A stretch of 64,000 nt of DNA from IMG/VR virus record IMGVR_UViG_3300042453_002354, positions 32,001 through 96,000 of that record; one strand, written 5' to 3'. The stretch comes from a virus. Below are positions 1 to 9,315 of the stretch, one piece after another. Every line of letters starts with the position of its first letter. Position 1 is the first letter of the stretch. A program made the position numbers and the translations under genes. The notes under the pieces are model-generated. The model did not search any database. It was not told the origin of the DNA and saw nothing but the letters and a program-made list of their open reading frames with translations.

Positions 1-197
1 TAGAATGATATTAAATGATTTAACATCAATCTTTCTTTTATGTCTCCGGTTTTTTCGTACTTACAGATCAATCTATGAATATATCTAATTCTTCTTAGGT
101 CTGAATGAAACTCTTTTAGATTCAAGCAAACTGGATTAGTATAACTCTTAGATGCAAAGAGTAAAAAATTACTATCTGTAAGTACGAAATATGTCAT
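1..197 (-). CDS. Conserved T4-like myovirus hypothetical protein, 3' end outside window
   Basis: Manual translation from ATG at 197: MTYFVLTDSNFLLFASKSYTNPVCLNLKEFHSDLRRIRYIHRLICKYEKTGDIKERLMLNHLISF, open to the edge. Resembles a family I recall from T4-like phages (NFLLFA..Y.NP.C...EF..DL.R..Y..RL..KY...G..KERL.LNH). Confidence 0.7.
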   Translation of the reverse strand, partial: MTYFVLTDSNFLLFASKSYTNPVCLNLKEFHSDLRRIRYIHRLICKYEKTGDIKERLMLNHLISF

Positions 198-212
198 AAA
201 AATTAGATCAAT

Positions 213-1436
213 TTAACAGTTAAAATATCTCGACATACAAAAATCTGAAGGATATTCTGCATTTGTAATATTTAGTATATGAATTTTACCACCATAAACG
301 TGGTACATTTTTCCATTAGGTGCAAATTTTAATGAATTTACTCTAGGATTTCCTGACGTTAATACATTAGTGGCAATCACTGGTGTTATTTCATTTGTTG
401 ACACATTTAACTTATAATATCTGCTTGTATTTTTAGTCGAAAGGAAATAGATATGCCCATTTGGTATGAATGTCCCGTTGGCGAGAGTACCGGATATATT
501 TATTTCCGCTGAAGAAATATTTGTAATAGAGTTATTGGAAACATCATATGAAATTAATTTTGCATCGTTTATTCCACTATTACTATTTGTTATTATATAA
601 AGTTTATTCCCATAAGATGCCACGAGATTCAGAGTACGTGAAGACCAAAATGTTCCACCATTTCCCAAGTTTGCTGAATAGGAAAATGAATTATCGGAAG
701 GATTTATAACCGATAAAAAATAGTGATACACATCGGAAACTTGATACAAATTATTATTGGCACTTAATAATATTCTATACGAGGCCCTAAGTCTTGGTAT
801 AGAACCATATACATTTGGATTTGGAACTGGAACAGAAACATATGTTTCTTGATTTAAATCGACATCGTAAACATCAGAAGATCCCACTTCCACGCCGCTG
901 GATTTACCCGAATAAATTTTATTATTTGGTCCCAGTACTGCATGAAATGCGTTGTATCCGGCGGACGATCCAAGTCCGGAAGTAGATGTGTTAATTAAAG
1001 TGTGTACGTTGTCCGTTGAGGGGTCGAGTCTTAAATATGGTCCTGAATTGGCCGGTACGGCGTAAATGTATCCGTTTGGATGTAGTACGCAACCCGAATA
1101 TCCAACCGACAAATTATCTCCTATAAATTCATGAGTGTCGTTGTTGGTATTAATTTTTAATATTTTTTTGTTTGCTGTTAGTGGAAAATAGTAAATGCAA
1201 TTATTTGGGGCTAAACACCCAAATACATGATCATTTCCATTACTGAATGACGTATTTAAATTTATACTACTATAACTATCTATTGTACTATTTTGCTGAA
1301 TCTGTAATCTCTGATCGATTGCAGTTTGCATCATGTTCCAATTAGTGGCATCTACACCACTCCAAGAAGGAAATGATGCAAATATAGGTTGTCCCGTGTT
1401 GTGTAGAATTTTTTTATAATTAAAAACATTTCTCAT
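213..1436 (-). CDS. Beta-propeller-like repeat protein, probable virion or adhesin component
   Basis: 407 aa with recurring blade-like motifs LAPNNCIYYFP, LHPNGYIYAVP, LGPNNKIYSG, LSANNNLYQV, IPNGHIYFL, FAPNGKMYHV; N/S-rich; follows the RCC1 cluster. Confidence 0.55.
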   Translation of the reverse strand: MRNVFNYKKILHNTGQPIFASFPSWSGVDATNWNMMQTAIDQRLQIQQNSTIDSYSSINLNTSFSNGNDHVFGCLAPNNCIYYFPLTANKKILKINTNNDTHEFIGDNLSVGYSGCVLHPNGYIYAVPANSGPYLRLDPSTDNVHTLINTSTSGLGSSAGYNAFHAVLGPNNKIYSGKSSGVEVGSSDVYDVDLNQETYVSVPVPNPNVYGSIPRLRASYRILLSANNNLYQVSDVYHYFLSVINPSDNSFSYSANLGNGGTFWSSRTLNLVASYGNKLYIITNSNSGINDAKLISYDVSNNSITNISSAEINISGTLANGTFIPNGHIYFLSTKNTSRYYKLNVSTNEITPVIATNVLTSGNPRVNSLKFAPNGKMYHVYGGKIHILNITNAEYPSDFCMSRYFNC

Positions 1437-1466
1437 AATGGTATTCCGAAAACAGTAAACAACGCA

Positions 1467-2234
1467 TTATGAGTAATTTGTAGTTGAAGAACCAAATACA
1501 TTCACAACACCCAAATTATCCACTACGATAACAAATGTTATTATGTCAAAATTATTAGTTGAAGTTGGTGCCGATCCGCCAGACCATTTTACACCACCAG
1601 AAACGGCAACGCCATTTACTCTACAAGCATCGCCGTAGGTATAGGTATTCACTCCATCCAAAATGAGTGTTATTCCAAGTATTCTAGAATTACCGGCTGG
1701 TACATTTGTAAATGACCATTCCGTAACAGATTCAGACAGTGCACCCAAGAAAACGGTAGCCGTGGAAGTGTCTATAGTCAAAACTCCTGACGATGGTGAA
1801 AGTGTTGTACTAAAACTATTCGCAACAATTTCTGAACTTGAGTTTGCCGCAGGTGCAACCATATAATCGCCAGTTGCATATGAAACATGTATTTCATCAT
1901 TCGATAATGGAGCACTAAGAAAAGTGATTGTAGATCCAGCTATTGTGTAACTATTGCCAGCACCAGGATCTTGTAATAGTCCATTGAGATAAACTTGTTC
2001 GCTGCCGGAAACTGGTATATTCGCTAATGTAAAAGTAACATTAGAACCATTCACTGAACCACTAGGAACTTCTCTAGTAATAAATGAATCATTTTCTAAA
2101 TCATTTACTCGATTTCTAAGATCAACACCATCTTCAATTTTAGTTAAAGCAATATTGGCATCAGACGCAATTTCTGTATTGGTTATAGAACCAGATCGTA
2201 TTTGTTTATTACCACGAATCTGTGTTTGCGACAT
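1467..2234 (-). CDS. Putative virion fiber protein: shared QIRGNKQI leader, shared ~70-aa domain, distinct C-terminal beta domain
   Basis: First ~120 aa are highly similar to ORFs 2262, 3816, 5374 and 7013; C-terminus (WSFTNVP..ITLILDG..VKWSGGSAPTSTNNFDIITF) is unrelated to them. Confidence 0.65.
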   Translation of the reverse strand: MSQTQIRGNKQIRSGSITNTEIASDANIALTKIEDGVDLRNRVNDLENDSFITREVPSGSVNGSNVTFTLANIPVSGSEQVYLNGLLQDPGAGNSYTIAGSTITFLSAPLSNDEIHVSYATGDYMVAPAANSSSEIVANSFSTTLSPSSGVLTIDTSTATVFLGALSESVTEWSFTNVPAGNSRILGITLILDGVNTYTYGDACRVNGVAVSGGVKWSGGSAPTSTNNFDIITFVIVVDNLGVVNVFGSSTTNYS

Positions 2235-2261
2235 TTTAGTTTTCTCCTTGTCTATTCAAAA

Positions 2262-3797
2262 TTATGAATTTAAATCAACTTCCGATTTGCCCGGACCATA
2301 TCTATTTCTGTTGGTGGCATCACCCAATTGTCCATGAGTATTTTCACCACCCAGAGCATATAATGTTCCATCAGTTTTGCTTGCTAATGTATGAAATCTA
2401 CCACCACCAACTTCACTCCAATCGGTATCTGTACCAATTTGAACTGGCGAATTTCTCTGTGTGCTAGTTCCGTCACCCAACATCCAATAATCATTATATC
2501 CCCATGCCCACAGTGTACCATCGGTCTTAATAGCAAAACTAGAATACTCAGAACAAAATACTTTGCTCCAATTTGTTGCAACGCCAACTTGAACGGGCGA
2601 ATTTCTTTGTGTCGTATCGCCAAGTCCTAGTGCTCCATTTCCTCCTTGTCCCCAAGCCCAAAGGGTACCATCGGTTTTTATGGCAAGAGTGTGAAGATAT
2701 CCGCACGCAATTTTGCTCCAATTTGTGGCACTTCCTACTTGAGTAGGAGAGGTTCTTGCTGTCGTATCACCAAGTCCTAGTGCACCAGTAGAATTGGCTC
2801 CTGAAGCCCATAGCGTACCATTACTTTTAAGTAAAATAACATGCGCCGCACCACCTTCAACGCTACTCCAATTAGTGTCGGAACCAATTTGAACCGGAGA
2901 ATTTCTTTGTATTGTTGTACCATCACCAATTCTACCATCGCCATTATACCCCCAACCCCATAAGGTTCCATCGCTCCTTATAGCATGTGAAGTCGCACTT
3001 CCTGATGCAATTTTACTCCAAGTTGTAACAACACCAATTTGAACCGGAGAATTTCTTTGTGTCGTATCTCCTAGTCCTAATTGACCATAATCATTTCTTC
3101 CCCAAGACCACAACGTTCCGTTGGTTTTTAATGCAATATAATAATCTTGCACTCTATTCGATGTGGCTCTCCATATATTGCCAACTATTTTACTCCAATT
3201 TGTATCACTACCTACTCTTCTAGGAGTGTATCTATCAACGGTGTCGCCAAGACCTAATTGTCCGTAATTATTAGCACCAATCGTTAAAAGTACGCCATCA
3301 GATCTAATCATAGCACTTGATTTATCCGCACTAGCAAATGTATTTTCTCCGGATAAAACAGAACCATAACTAAAACTTGAAACAACTGGACTCGATTCAG
3401 AATTAGGATCTGTTGTATAATTTTCAGTTTTATAAGATACGTGAATTTCATCGTTCGTTAATGGAGCACTAAGAAAAATGATCGTAGAGCCAGAAATTGT
3501 ATAGCTATTACCAGCGCCAGGATCTTGTAAAAGTCCATTCAAATAAACTTGTTCGCTACCAGAAACAGGAGTATTATCTAGCGTAAAAGTAACGTTAGAT
3601 CCGTTTATCAAACCACTAGGTATTTCTCTCGTCACAAAGGCTTCAGTTTCTAGTGTTGTAACTCTACCATCATATCCAGAAATAGTATTGCCATTTTCAA
3701 TCTTACTTAAAGCAATATTTGCGTTTGATGCAACTTCTGTATTGGTTATAGAACCAGATTGTATTTGTTTATTACCACGTAGCTGTGATTGTGCCAT
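2262..3797 (-). CDS. RCC1/BLIP-II-repeat 7-bladed propeller protein with shared leader and domain
   Basis: Seven repeats of type LW(S/A)WG.N.YGQLGLGDTT.R.SPVQ(I/V)G..TNWSKI after the shared N-terminus. Confidence 0.85.
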   Translation of the reverse strand: MAQSQLRGNKQIQSGSITNTEVASNANIALSKIENGNTISGYDGRVTTLETEAFVTREIPSGLINGSNVTFTLDNTPVSGSEQVYLNGLLQDPGAGNSYTISGSTIIFLSAPLTNDEIHVSYKTENYTTDPNSESSPVVSSFSYGSVLSGENTFASADKSSAMIRSDGVLLTIGANNYGQLGLGDTVDRYTPRRVGSDTNWSKIVGNIWRATSNRVQDYYIALKTNGTLWSWGRNDYGQLGLGDTTQRNSPVQIGVVTTWSKIASGSATSHAIRSDGTLWGWGYNGDGRIGDGTTIQRNSPVQIGSDTNWSSVEGGAAHVILLKSNGTLWASGANSTGALGLGDTTARTSPTQVGSATNWSKIACGYLHTLAIKTDGTLWAWGQGGNGALGLGDTTQRNSPVQVGVATNWSKVFCSEYSSFAIKTDGTLWAWGYNDYWMLGDGTSTQRNSPVQIGTDTDWSEVGGGRFHTLASKTDGTLYALGGENTHGQLGDATNRNRYGPGKSEVDLNS

Positions 3798-3815
3798 TTG
3801 ATTTCCTTAAAAAAA

Positions 3816-5354
3816 TTAGGATTTGAGATCTATTTCAGATTTAGATAAACCATATCTAGCGGAAATTGTGCCTTCACACAATTCCCCATAATTATTTGCA
3901 CCCCAAGCATATAGTGTTCCATCCGTCTTACTTGCTAATGTATGAAATCTACCGCCACGAACTTCGCTCCAGTCGGTATCATCACTAATTAAAACTGGTG
4001 CATTTCTTTGTGTTGTTGTACCATCACCTAACATATAGCTATCATTATAACCCCACCCCCAAAGTTTTCCATTGGTCTTGATTGCAAAAGTGGTATACTC
4101 GGTAAGAAACAACTTACTCCAATCAGTATCGCTACCAATTTGAGTTGGCGTAGATATGTCTGTAGTATTGCCTTGTCCTAGATTACCGTGACCACCATAT
4201 CCCCAAGCCCAAAGAGTCCCGTTGCTTTTTCTTGCAACGCTATGATAAACCCCACCATAAACTTCCACCCAGTTTGTATCGGAACCTATTTGTATGGGAG
4301 ATTTTGTAGATACGCCAGTACCATTACCTAATTTATTATAGCTATTGTCGCCCCAAGCCCATAATGTTCCGTTCGTTTTGATTGCTAATCCGTGTGTGGA
4401 GCCTGCGCCAACTTTACTCCAATTACTATCGCTACCAATTTGAACAGGGGAATATCTATGTCCATCATCACCTAAACCAAGTCTACCTCCATTTGCGCCC
4501 CAAGACCAGAGCGTTCCATTACTTTTAATTCCTAATGCGTGTGCATCGCCTAGTGATATCATACTCCAAGTGTCGCTTCCTACTTGTACAGGAGAATATC
4601 TATTAGAAGCATCTCCTACTCCTAGTTGTCCGTAATCGTTTCTACCCCATGCCCAGAGTGTTCCATTTGACTTTATTGCAATATAAAAATCTCGGAATGC
4701 CGCCGATGCCCTTCTAGATTTATTGGCATGTATTTTAGTCCAATTTGTTTCACTACCTACTCTTCTGAGTGAATATCTATTAGTAGTGTCACCTTGTCCT
4801 AGTTGACCCTCCTGGTTATTTCCTACGGTGAAAAGAGCACCATCGGATCTAATTACTGCGGAACCCTCATCGGTGCCATCAAAAGCACGTTCACCAGAAA
4901 AGATTGTACCATAGTCAAGACTTCCGGCAGAACCACCACCGCCGCCACTTCCTGCACCAGCCGGTGCTACCATATAATCAGCACTAGCATAAGATACGTG
5001 AATTTCATCACCAGTCAAAGGTGCTGTATTAAATGTTATTGTTGTACCAACGATAGTATAGGTATCGGAGGCACCTGGATCTTGTAATAAACCATTAAGA
5101 AATACTTGTTCACTTCCAGTCACAATAGGATTTGCTAGTGTATAGACCCTATTCGATCCGTTAATTAAACCGCTAGGAATTTCTCTAGTTACGAAAGCAT
5201 TTGTTTCTAAATTGGAAATTCTTCCATTTAGTTCTGATAGTACAGAACCACTTTGAATTTTACTTAAAGCAATATTGGCATCAGACGCAATTTCTGTGTT
5301 GGTTATAGAACCAGATTGTATTTGTTTATTACCACGTAGCTGTGATTGTGCCAT
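3816..5354 (-). CDS. RCC1/BLIP-II-repeat 7-bladed propeller protein with shared leader and domain
   Basis: Same architecture; Gly-rich linker GAGSGGGGGSAGS; seven RCC1 repeats. Confidence 0.85.
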   Translation of the reverse strand: MAQSQLRGNKQIQSGSITNTEIASDANIALSKIQSGSVLSELNGRISNLETNAFVTREIPSGLINGSNRVYTLANPIVTGSEQVFLNGLLQDPGASDTYTIVGTTITFNTAPLTGDEIHVSYASADYMVAPAGAGSGGGGGSAGSLDYGTIFSGERAFDGTDEGSAVIRSDGALFTVGNNQEGQLGQGDTTNRYSLRRVGSETNWTKIHANKSRRASAAFRDFYIAIKSNGTLWAWGRNDYGQLGVGDASNRYSPVQVGSDTWSMISLGDAHALGIKSNGTLWSWGANGGRLGLGDDGHRYSPVQIGSDSNWSKVGAGSTHGLAIKTNGTLWAWGDNSYNKLGNGTGVSTKSPIQIGSDTNWVEVYGGVYHSVARKSNGTLWAWGYGGHGNLGQGNTTDISTPTQIGSDTDWSKLFLTEYTTFAIKTNGKLWGWGYNDSYMLGDGTTTQRNAPVLISDDTDWSEVRGGRFHTLASKTDGTLYAWGANNYGELCEGTISARYGLSKSEIDLKS

Positions 5355-5373
5355 TTGATTTACCTTTTTTTAT

Positions 5374-6924
5374 TTAAATGTCTAAATCGACTTCTGCCTT
5401 AGCAGGACCATATTTTTGAACTGTAGTTCCGTGTCCTAATTGTCCGTAAGTATTTTCGCCCCAAGAATATAATGCACCATCAGTTTTACTAGCAAATGTA
5501 TGTGCAACTCCGATAAATATGTTATTCCAGTTAGTTGCTGTACCTATTTGAACTGGTGAAGTTCTATTTGTTGTTGTACCATCACCAAGATGATAATATG
5601 GGCTATTAATGCCAAAGCCCCATAATGTACCATCGGTTTTAATTGCCATTGTATGCCAGGTTCCGCATTTAACTTTACTCCAATTTGTAGCAACACCAAC
5701 TTGAACTGGCGAATTTCTTTGTGCTGTATCACCAAGTCCTAGTTGACCATATTCATTCCTACCCCAAGCCCATAGTGTTCCATCAGATTTGATGGCCAGT
5801 GAATATGCCCATCCGCAAGCGACTGCAACCCAGTTAGTTGCGCTACCAACTTGTATGGGTGAATTTCTGCTTGTAGTATTGCCAAGTCCTAGCTGACCAT
5901 ATGCGTTCCAACCCCAACTCCATAATGTTCCATCTGTTTTGATTGCGATATTATGATCAGCACCACAAGCAATTTTGCTCCAATTAGTACCACTACCAAT
6001 CTGTACTGGTGTTGTTCTAGTTGTATTTGTACCATCACCAATAGAACCAGATGTATTATTTCCCCAACTCCATAATGTTCCATCCGTTTTGATTGCTGAA
6101 ACAAAATTTGTACCCATACTTATAGTTGACCAATTAGTTGCAACACCAACTTGAACTGGCGAATTTCTTTGTGTTGTGTCGCCAAGTCCTAATTGATAGT
6201 AACCATTATACCCCCACCCCCATAGTGTACCATTTGATTTTATGGCTAAACAAGCATCCGCCAAACCTGGACCGCCATCTCGATAATGAGAGGCAAATAC
6301 CTTACTCCAATTTGAATCCGATCCCACTTGTCTAGGAGAATACCTTACGCTAGTATCGCCAAGTCCTAATGTGCCATAAGTATTTACGCCACACGAAAAA
6401 AGTTTGCCATCAGAACGTATCATAACAGACCAGTTCTGTGAAGCGGCGACAGCATTTTCGCCTGCTATTACTGTAGCATAATTAATATTAGAAGAAGCAG
6501 CAGGAGAACCGCCACCCTCAGCACTTGAAGAAGGCGTTACTGAATAACTACCCGTAGCATACGAAACGTGAATTTCATCTCCACTTAATGGAGCACTGAG
6601 AAATGTAATAGTAGATCCAGAAATTGTATAGCTATTACCAGCGCCAGGATCTTGTAATAGTCCGTTTATAAAAACTTGTTCGCTACCGGAAACGGGTGTA
6701 CTTGCTAATGTAAAAGTAACATTAGATCCGTTTATCAAACCACTAGGTATTTCTCTGGTAATAAATGAATCAGCTTCAAGATCGGAGACACGACCGTTAA
6801 GTCCCGATAGTACGGTGCCATTTTGCAATTTAGTTAAAGCAATGTTTGCATCAGACGCAATTTCGACATTGGTTATGGAACCAGATTGTATTTGTTTATT
6901 ACCACGAATCTGTGATTGTACCAT
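5374..6924 (-). CDS. RCC1/BLIP-II-repeat 7-bladed propeller protein with shared leader and domain
   Basis: Same architecture; seven RCC1 repeats; late promoter at 6966-6973. Confidence 0.85.
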   Translation of the reverse strand: MVQSQIRGNKQIQSGSITNVEIASDANIALTKLQNGTVLSGLNGRVSDLEADSFITREIPSGLINGSNVTFTLASTPVSGSEQVFINGLLQDPGAGNSYTISGSTITFLSAPLSGDEIHVSYATGSYSVTPSSSAEGGGSPAASSNINYATVIAGENAVAASQNWSVMIRSDGKLFSCGVNTYGTLGLGDTSVRYSPRQVGSDSNWSKVFASHYRDGGPGLADACLAIKSNGTLWGWGYNGYYQLGLGDTTQRNSPVQVGVATNWSTISMGTNFVSAIKTDGTLWSWGNNTSGSIGDGTNTTRTTPVQIGSGTNWSKIACGADHNIAIKTDGTLWSWGWNAYGQLGLGNTTSRNSPIQVGSATNWVAVACGWAYSLAIKSDGTLWAWGRNEYGQLGLGDTAQRNSPVQVGVATNWSKVKCGTWHTMAIKTDGTLWGFGINSPYYHLGDGTTTNRTSPVQIGTATNWNNIFIGVAHTFASKTDGALYSWGENTYGQLGHGTTVQKYGPAKAEVDLDI

Positions 6925-6965
6925 TGTGGTTTCCTAAAAAAGTTAAAGTTCTAAATCAATCTACA

Positions 6966-6973
6966 TATTTATA
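6966..6973 (-). promoter_or_regulatory. T4-type late promoter TATAAATA
   Basis: TATTTATA on plus strand about 40 nt upstream of the 6924 start; gp55 is in the window. Confidence 0.75.
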
Positions 6974-7012
6974 GAAAGATATTTATTTTTTCACGATTCC
7001 ACAATTCAATTA

Positions 7013-7666
7013 TTAATTGGCCAAATAAACGATATAAACTCGTTCAGTGGTCAAAGGTGCATAAGCAAATATAATTGTATTACCGGATTCATTAATCGAA
7101 TATGAAACTCCAGGTTCTTGTATAACGCCATCACTAACAACTAACAAAGAAGAAGCATAAGTTACGGCATACTGTAATGCAAATTGTGTTGTCGAACCAT
7201 CCGTTGTCAAAACTTGTTTTGTAAAAGTGCTAACCGAACTACCACCGCCAGCTCCACCAACAGAACCGCCAGGCGCTACTAGATAATTTCCGGTTGCATA
7301 AGATACGTGTATTTCATCACCAGTCAAAGGTGCTGTATTAAATGTTATTGTTGTACCGGCGATTATATAACTATCAGAAGCGCCAGGATCTTGTAAAAGT
7401 CCATTCAAATAAACTTGCTCACTTCCAGCAACTACGACATTTGCGAGTGTATAAACTCTATTAGATCCATTTACCAGTCCACTTGGAATTTCTCTAGTTA
7501 TAAAAGCATTGTTTTCTAAATCAGAAACTCTGCCATCAATTCCAGATAAAATGGTTCCGTTTTCAATTTTACTCAAAGAAATATTGGCATTGGACGCAAC
7601 TTCACTGTTGGTTATAGTGGTACTTTGAATTTGTTTATTACCACGAATTTGAGTTATTGATGACAT
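7013..7666 (-). CDS. Putative virion adaptor: shared leader plus two copies of the shared domain
   Basis: TQIRGNKQI leader; copy 1 TREIPSGLVNGSN...DEIHVSY; divergent copy 2 DGSTTQFAL..LLVVSDGVIQEPGVSYSI..IIFAYAPLTTERVYIVYL. Confidence 0.65.
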   Translation of the reverse strand: MSSITQIRGNKQIQSTTITNSEVASNANISLSKIENGTILSGIDGRVSDLENNAFITREIPSGLVNGSNRVYTLANVVVAGSEQVYLNGLLQDPGASDSYIIAGTTITFNTAPLTGDEIHVSYATGNYLVAPGGSVGGAGGGSSVSTFTKQVLTTDGSTTQFALQYAVTYASSLLVVSDGVIQEPGVSYSINESGNTIIFAYAPLTTERVYIVYLAN

Positions 7667-7732
7667 CCGAAATACTCCTCAAGCTATTTAATTTTGTTTG
7701 TTCTACGCTTAAACACATTCTCTCCTTGAGTT

Positions 7733-8851
7733 TTATGAGATATATGCGTTTAATTCATATCTATTATCATCCATTCCATAAACTTGAAAGTGTAGCACTT
7801 TTTTAATTTTATTTCCTGTTTTGTCATATAATGATAAGTGATATTTATTAGTTTTACCAGGCGAAGGCTTTTTAGGGCCTGTACTGACCTCGTTAAAATA
7901 TTCATCATCATTAACTTCAAATCCTTTTCGTTTCACAAAATCCAAAACTTCTTTAACAGCACCGGAGAACGAAGAGTGGTAAACAGAGTACCCACTAGCG
8001 GACTTTACTGCTGAGTTTTTTTTTTCTTGTGCTTCGTTTACTCCTTTATGTGCCGGTCTGCTCTTAGGAACATCTAGAGCACTTGCAATCGCTTCCGCTG
8101 AATTTGGTATATCAAGTAGTGCCAAATCTTCTACAAATTCCATACCAGGTTCATTTGGTGCTGGATGTATTGAAACTTGACCTGTTGGATATTGGCACCA
8201 AAGTCTGTATGATCTCTTTGGATTATTAGGATCGCTTCTATCTATATCGCACAAAACATCTACTCTTTTTGGTGGTATGGGATCGTTTCTGAACCCAACG
8301 GCAGAATTAGGTTCTGCATTTGCAACATCAAGACCAGATTGTGATACTGGTTCTGCATCGGCCATTTCTTCTTTATCTTCTGCTCTTTCACTCAATTGCT
8401 TTTCTTCTTTGGTCGCTTCATTGTATGTAGGAGATGGATGTCTTCGATCTATTATAGAATTGATATCGGCATTATCTATGATTTTGTGTCTTTTTGTTGG
8501 AAACTTTTTTTCATAAAATTTGCCTTCTTTCATTGCAGCTTTATCGGCTGCATCACCGTATTCATTTTCATCTCGCCAATCTTCACCTTCAGTCATATCC
8601 TGTTCTGGATGCTGTGCGGCAAACTTCTTATAGTCATCAGCATACGATTCGTCTTTTGCTGTATATTGCGAATCGACATAGTTAAAAAACTCTTTCTTCT
8701 TATCATCTGAACCAAGTTCATCTGGCGATGAGATATTAAATTTCTTCATGGCCGCATGAAATACTTTGTCATATTCTGACATTTCTTCATTCATTATCTT
8801 TGTTATTGTATCGACGTATGCCGATTCTAAATCTTTAAAGCCTTTCATCAT
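7733..8851 (-). CDS. Acidic multi-domain T4-like protein, possible internal head protein
   Basis: MKKFNISSPDELGSDDKKKEFFNYVD and C-terminal GPKKPSPGKTNKYHLSL..LHFQVYGMD..YELNAYIS segments recalled from T4-like myoviruses; CATAAATA late promoter at 8882-8889. Confidence 0.5.
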   Translation of the reverse strand: MMKGFKDLESAYVDTITKIMNEEMSEYDKVFHAAMKKFNISSPDELGSDDKKKEFFNYVDSQYTAKDESYADDYKKFAAQHPEQDMTEGEDWRDENEYGDAADKAAMKEGKFYEKKFPTKRHKIIDNADINSIIDRRHPSPTYNEATKEEKQLSERAEDKEEMADAEPVSQSGLDVANAEPNSAVGFRNDPIPPKRVDVLCDIDRSDPNNPKRSYRLWCQYPTGQVSIHPAPNEPGMEFVEDLALLDIPNSAEAIASALDVPKSRPAHKGVNEAQEKKNSAVKSASGYSVYHSSFSGAVKEVLDFVKRKGFEVNDDEYFNEVSTGPKKPSPGKTNKYHLSLYDKTGNKIKKVLHFQVYGMDDNRYELNAYIS

Positions 8852-8899
8852 GGTACTCCATAGTAGAAAATATTTCTAATCTATTTATGCAAATAAAAA

Positions 8900-8931
8900 A
8901 AGTCACAAGAAGTTGTAGCCTCTTGTAACTT
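8900..8931 (-). terminator. Intrinsic terminator after ORF 8959-9165
   Basis: Minus-strand RNA AAGUUACAAGAGG-CUACAA-CUUCUUGUGACUU followed by a U-tract. Confidence 0.6.
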
Positions 8932-8958
8932 AAAAAATATATTATATTTTTACTATAA

Positions 8959-9165
8959 TTACTGAGATACCACGGCATCAGCACCTTCTGAGGGTGCAGG
9001 CCGCAATTCGGCTTGTACGGAATTTGCAACGAGAACAAGACCTTCAAGAACCTGAGCAAATTGCGATGCAAATGCACCAGGAACACGGTCATAGTTTGCC
9101 AAAAAATTGTGAATTTTAACAAGAACATCTAGTTGTTCTTCTTTTGAGAGTACTCTTGGTTCCAT
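8959..9165 (-). CDS. Small hypothetical protein (68 aa)
   Basis: GGAG RBS upstream, own sigma70-type promoter, flanked by terminators. Confidence 0.65.
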   Translation of the reverse strand: MEPRVLSKEEQLDVLVKIHNFLANYDRVPGAFASQFAQVLEGLVLVANSVQAELRPAPSEGADAVVSQ

Positions 9166-9204
9166 TATTTTTCTCCATTAATATGTGAAAACATACACGC
9201 AATA

Positions 9205-9233
9205 ATTGTATTATTATACTAATAATAAGTCAA
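9205..9233 (-). promoter_or_regulatory. sigma70-type promoter TTGACT-N17-TACAAT
   Basis: Plus strand agtcaa 9228-9233 and attgta 9205-9210, 17-nt spacer. Confidence 0.6.
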
Positions 9234-9237
9234 TAAA

Positions 9238-9303
9238 AAAATAGACCCCACAAAATATGGGGTCTATTTTAATAACCCGCCACAACCTTTACGGTTATGG
9301 CGG
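9238..9303 (-). terminator. Two hairpins ending the ORF 9316-11358 transcript
   Basis: CCGCCAUAACC/GGUUGUGGCGG (9277-9303), then AAAATAGACCCCA/TGGGGTCTATTTT (9238-9270) with U-tract. Confidence 0.75.
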
Positions 9304-9315
9304 ATAATCATTTAA

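Noticed and set aside
2262-6924. Diversity-generating retroelement or invertible shufflon
   Set aside because: No reverse transcriptase or invertase in the window; repeats are direct and differences are not adenine-specific.
8835-9128. 97-aa minus-strand ORF
   Set aside because: Overlaps the better supported 8959-9165 ORF and runs through a terminator and a late promoter.
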